Shown here piece by piece: positions 25,378 through 26,152 of a DNA stretch of 26,152 bases. The stretch comes from a virus. Taxonomy: Duplodnaviria; Heunggongvirae; Uroviricota; Caudoviricetes. Below the pieces are notes generated by a model. That model was not told the origin of the DNA and searched no databases. It saw only the letters and a list, made by a program, of their open reading frames with translations. Position 1 is the stretch's first letter. Each line of letters starts with the position of its first letter. The DNA lies in the IMG/VR virus record IMGVR_UViG_3300035660_000003, positions 86,261 through 112,412 of that record; one strand, 5' to 3'. A program made the position numbers and the translations under genes.

Positions 25378-25902
25378 TCATTCTTCTTTCCTTTTAATTT
25401 TCAAAGTTTTAAATGGTGGATTTTTCAAATATTGAATTGCTCTCTCAATGCCTTCTAAATTATCTCCTAACAATCCAAGACCCTTGTTACATTTTTGACA
25501 AAGGAATCCTCGTGGTTCATTTGTTTTATGGTCGTGGTCAAACTCAAGATAATGTTTATTTCTTTCTTTTTGTGCCATGCTTCCACAGATTCCGCATCTG
25601 TGATGTTGAATTTCCAATAATACATCCCCATCATTAAGAGATAATCCGAATTCAGAAAATTTGTTTTTTCTCGTTCTAATACTCCTTCTCTCTTTATAAA
25701 ATGGTTCTTGTCGATATTTTGCATCACTTTCTACTTTCCATTTTTTATGAATTTTGACCCAGTTTTTGGTATTTTCTCTTTGACGTTGAGCAAAATCTGG
25801 ATTAATTTTTCTAAGATTTTTTTCATAGCAATTTCTACACATCCCTTTAGCATAATAAGATAATTCTGGATGACATGATGGTTTCTTAATATTTCTAATC
25901 AA
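25378..25902 (-). CDS. Recombination endonuclease VII-like His-Me finger nuclease with N-terminal Zn finger
   Basis: QHHRCGICG..LEFDHDHKTNEPRGFLCQKCNKGLGLLGDN..A..YL. N-terminal CH..YAKGMCRNCY. TTG start with SD GGGA. Confidence 0.9.
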   Translation of the reverse strand: MIRNIKKPSCHPELSYYAKGMCRNCYEKNLRKINPDFAQRQRENTKNWVKIHKKWKVESDAKYRQEPFYKERRSIRTRKNKFSEFGLSLNDGDVLLEIQHHRCGICGSMAQKERNKHYLEFDHDHKTNEPRGFLCQKCNKGLGLLGDNLEGIERAIQYLKNPPFKTLKIKRKEE

Positions 25903-25907
25903 ACGAA

Positions 25908-25930
25908 TTTCCCAATTATTAATTGGGAAA
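25908..25930. repeat. Perfect 10-bp inverted repeat TTTCCCAATT-att-AATTGGGAAA
   Basis: Read directly from the sequence. Lies between the TATA box and the start codon of the EndoVII-like gene. Confidence 0.9.
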
Positions 25931-25935
25931 ACAAC

Positions 25936-25951
25936 TATTTAAGTCTTTTGG
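25936..25951 (-). promoter_or_regulatory. BRE-TATA promoter (CCAAAA-GA-CTTAAATA), overlapping the upstream stop codon
   Basis: Consensus match. Predicted TSS ~25913. Confidence 0.7.
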
Positions 25952-26151
25952 TTATATGAGTCGGGAAGAATGATTTTATCTTCCATATCATATAATTCTT
26001 TTGGCAGTTTGCCTTTCTGAATTTGCAGAATAGTCCAATAAGCTCCAACAAGATTCCATATGGATGAAATAAGATGGTTTTCTCCGTCATCTCTACCATC
26101 CACAACGCAAGCAAGATGTCTCATTGCAGAATCTAAAAATCGTGATACTGG
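25939..26151 (-). CDS. dATP/dGTP diphosphohydrolase (DUF5664-like), 5'-truncated by the window edge
   Basis: The frame is open to the window end: PVSRFLDSAMRHL...GRDDGENHL..IWN matches the G.P.SR..DSA.RHL..G..DEDHL...WN family pattern. Confidence 0.8.
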   Translation of the reverse strand, partial: PVSRFLDSAMRHLACVVDGRDDGENHLISSIWNLVGAYWTILQIQKGKLPKELYDMEDKIILPDSYNQKT

Positions 26152-26152
26152 A

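Larger units (their letters stand above)
1..26152. mobile_element. Segment of an archaeal tailed-virus (Caudoviricetes-like) genome or provirus
   Basis: Portal-like gene, fibre/Ig/lectin virion genes, DUF5664 and five free-standing His-Me nucleases occur together with archaeal PolB1, MCM and LonB. Archaeal BRE-TATA promoters and GGTGA/GGAG SD motifs. No ribosomal or central metabolic genes. Confidence 0.85.

Noticed and set aside
155-25727. Many short opposite-strand or alternative-frame ORFs in the track (e.g. 155-340, 6012-6431, 7904-8224, 17597-17851, 22528-22893)
   Set aside because: They are antisense shadows of well-supported genes. They are Phe/Ser/Leu-rich mirrors of Lys/Glu-rich sequence and have no promoter or SD.
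1-26152. CRISPR array, tRNA/rRNA genes, integrase/att site, transposase
   Set aside because: All intergenic gaps are 125 nt or less and are explained by promoters. No repeat-spacer periodicity, cloverleaf or recombinase motif was seen.
1-26152. Ordinary chromosome or Borg-like element
   Set aside because: The portal, fibre genes, DUF5664 and multiple HNH genes argue for a virus. The perfect tandem-repeat arrays typical of Borgs are absent.

Overview
This is a compact, AT-rich (roughly 33% GC, estimated by eye) segment of an archaeal head-tailed virus or provirus. Almost all genes are on the minus strand. From the 3' end of the window to the 5' end it holds: a partial DUF5664-type dATP/dGTP diphosphohydrolase, an endonuclease VII-like nuclease, a Nudix hydrolase, a portal protein with a long coiled-coil tail, and a block of Ig/lectin/DUF2341/tail-collar-like virion fibre genes. 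Then come two ORFans, a plus-strand GNAT + Zn-finger island, a TACK-type PolB1 DNA polymerase, a small membrane protein, an MCM helicase and a membrane-anchored LonB protease. The 5' end is a sugar-modification operon: three glycosyltransferase genes (four GT domains), an adenylate-forming ligase, an SDR epimerase/dehydratase and a DegT aminotransferase. Four paralogous free-standing HNH genes sit at module boundaries; three carry 4-5 exact 15-aa helical repeats. About 15 archaeal BRE-TATA promoters are visible, and five are overprinted on the upstream gene's stop codon. A manual scan found no GATC or GTAC in 26 kb. No tRNA, CRISPR array, integrase, terminase, major capsid gene or intein was seen. 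All family assignments come from motif recognition only, with no database search.
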